Source: an uncultured Candidatus Rokubacteria bacterium (GTDB taxonomy: Bacteria; Methylomirabilota; Methylomirabilia; Rokubacteriales; CSP1-6). Taken from it: a stretch of DNA of 64,000 bases. The DNA is taken from assembly GCA_963762145.1 (NCBI GenBank), contig CAVXJS010000021.1, forward strand, positions 352,001 to 416,000, read 5' to 3'. The position numbers and the translations under genes are program-made. Every line of letters starts with the position of its first letter. Within the stretch, counting starts at the first letter, position 1. The notes under the pieces were generated by a model that saw nothing but the letters and a program-made list of their open reading frames with translations, was not told where the DNA came from and did not search any database. This document shows positions 62,571 to 64,000 of this stretch, one piece after another.

Positions 62571-63374
62571 CTACCTACCCTGCCTCCGTCTCCGCCATGC
62601 CGCCAGTCCCATCCCTGTCAACGTGCTGCCAAGAAGAACTAGGGTGGTGGGCTCTGGTACCGGATTCGGCGCCGGCGCGCCCGCCTCGGTGAAGAAGCTC
62701 TGTCCGTTTGCGCTCCCCAATCCCTGGCCAAGATAGTTGACAGGATTTGTCGCGGCGCCGGTGGCCGTGTTGACGGTGAAGACCTGGGTGCCCGCGACCG
62801 CGTAGAGGACACCGTCGTCACCCGTGGCCAATCCGAAGACATTGCCGACACCGAACGGCCCGACGGCCGCTGAGGTCGCGAGATTCGCCAGATTGATGAG
62901 AAAGAGCTGATTCGCGAGCGTGGCCAGGAACAGATCGCCTCCATTGAAGGCCAGATCGCCCCCGGAGGCGGCGGATATGCTCCCCAGGCTGGTGCTCGCT
63001 CCAGTCGCTGGGTTGATCGTGAACAGGGACGTCGATTGGAATCCAGCCGCGTACAGCGTTCCGTCAGCTGCAAAGACGAGCGCATTGCCACCCGGGACCG
63101 AATGATTCCCGATGAAGGTCGCGGCCGCGGTTGTGGGATTGATAGAATAGAAACCCGTGAAGGTGAGACCGAACAGCTGTCCGCTGGGGCTGAAGGCGAT
63201 ATCGGTCATCGTCACACCCATGTTGCCGATCACGGTGGCGTTGCCCGTGGCGACATCGACGGTCCCCAGATTGCCGGCGCTGTCGTCCACATGCATGACG
63301 GGCACCGCATGGGCGATGCTGGCACCTAGAGTCAGAGGTAATGCGATCCCAAGGATTCTGAGCATCTTGATCAT
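62571..63374 (-). CDS. PEP-CTERM sorted surface protein with beta-propeller-like repeats
   Basis: Signal peptide ending AHA; repeated (I/V)N(P/T)ATGA units; VPEPTT + TM + RRRR. Confidence 0.9.
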   Translation of the reverse strand: MIKMLRILGIALPLTLGASIAHAVPVMHVDDSAGNLGTVDVATGNATVIGNMGVTMTDIAFSPSGQLFGLTFTGFYSINPTTAAATFIGNHSVPGGNALVFAADGTLYAAGFQSTSLFTINPATGASTSLGSISAASGGDLAFNGGDLFLATLANQLFLINLANLATSAAVGPFGVGNVFGLATGDDGVLYAVAGTQVFTVNTATGAATNPVNYLGQGLGSANGQSFFTEAGAPAPNPVPEPTTLVLLGSTLTGMGLAAWRRRRQGR

Positions 63375-63453
63375 TGAGGTCTCCCTTCCCGGGGGGTTAT
63401 GCCACCGTAAATCTAAACCCTGGTTTCCCGGGTGCGGAAGCTTTTTGATCGCA

Positions 63454-64000
63454 TCAGCGGAACATAGGCTGCCCCTCGGGTCGTGTGCCCTCGACCGCGA
63501 ATAGCCGCCATGCCCCCGGCACCCCCTTGAGCTCATGCGCTCCCCGGTCCGTGAACTCCACCCCCGAGCCAACCACCAGGTCCTTCACGGTGCTGGACAC
63601 CAGAATCTCCCCCGCTACCGCGATCGCCGTCACGCGGTTGGCGATATGGATAGCAATGCCGCCGACACGGTGTCCCCCCTCACGCAACTCGATCTCCCCG
63701 GCATGCAGGCCGGCGCGGATGTCGATTCCGAGCGCGCGGATCGATTCCCGGATCTCCCTCGCCGCGTGGATGGCCCGTCCCGGGCGATCGAACGTGGCCA
63801 GGATTCCGTCGCCGGTTGATTCGATGAACCGTCCCTGGAAGCGGGTGATCTGGTCTCGAGCGATCTCGTCGTGTGTTTCGAGTACGGCCTTCCAGCGACG
63901 GTCGCCCATCGCGGCGGCCCGGTCGGTCGAGTTCACGATATCGGTGAACAACACCGTGGCAAGCACGCGATCGGGTACGGACCCGCCAGGAATGCGACCC
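63454..64000 (-). CDS. Class III adenylate/guanylate cyclase domain protein, LipJ-like (5' part outside window)
   Basis: VLFTDIVNST, TGDG, RAGLHAGE, IHIANRV, GEILVS, ELKGVPG. Confidence 0.93.
   Translation of the reverse strand, partial: GRIPGGSVPDRVLATVLFTDIVNSTDRAAAMGDRRWKAVLETHDEIARDQITRFQGRFIESTGDGILATFDRPGRAIHAAREIRESIRALGIDIRAGLHAGEIELREGGHRVGGIAIHIANRVTAIAVAGEILVSSTVKDLVVGSGVEFTDRGAHELKGVPGAWRLFAVEGTRPEGQPMFR

Overview
High-GC bacterial chromosome segment. Gene content and GC are compatible with a soil Methylomirabilota/Rokubacteria-like genome, but that assignment is inference only. From left to right: a core minus-strand operon (atpZ-atpI-atpB-atpE-rex-mfd-surA-like PPIase, then rho, cut by the window edge); a glycerophosphodiester/glycerol block (ugpBAE, GDPD, glpK, a PgtC/AfuA-like ABC system, glpD, HAD-IIA); a stand-alone nuoLMN unit with its own sigma70 promoter; M23 peptidase; PhoX-like phosphatase; a type III PKS-methyltransferase-FAD oxidoreductase triad; many catabolic flavoenzymes and hydrolases; a phospholipase D/vanadium haloperoxidase divergon; several gene fragments; a thiolase and an HMGCS-like/DUF35 fusion separated by a GAF-domain gene plus a DinB gene; HAD_SAK-like, PEP-CTERM and class III cyclase genes. 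Many genes carry single-base indels, densest at 9-15 kb, most likely assembly errors. No tRNA, rRNA, CRISPR array or transposase was seen. Best novelty candidate: the ~815-aa GAF protein (57835-60284), whose C-terminal half carries, in order, motifs matching a highly divergent class III nucleotidyl cyclase with a large helical insert, followed by a DinB-family gene. Also notable: two families of palindromic repeats (one showing compensatory base changes) and a recurrent leaderless-promoter architecture.
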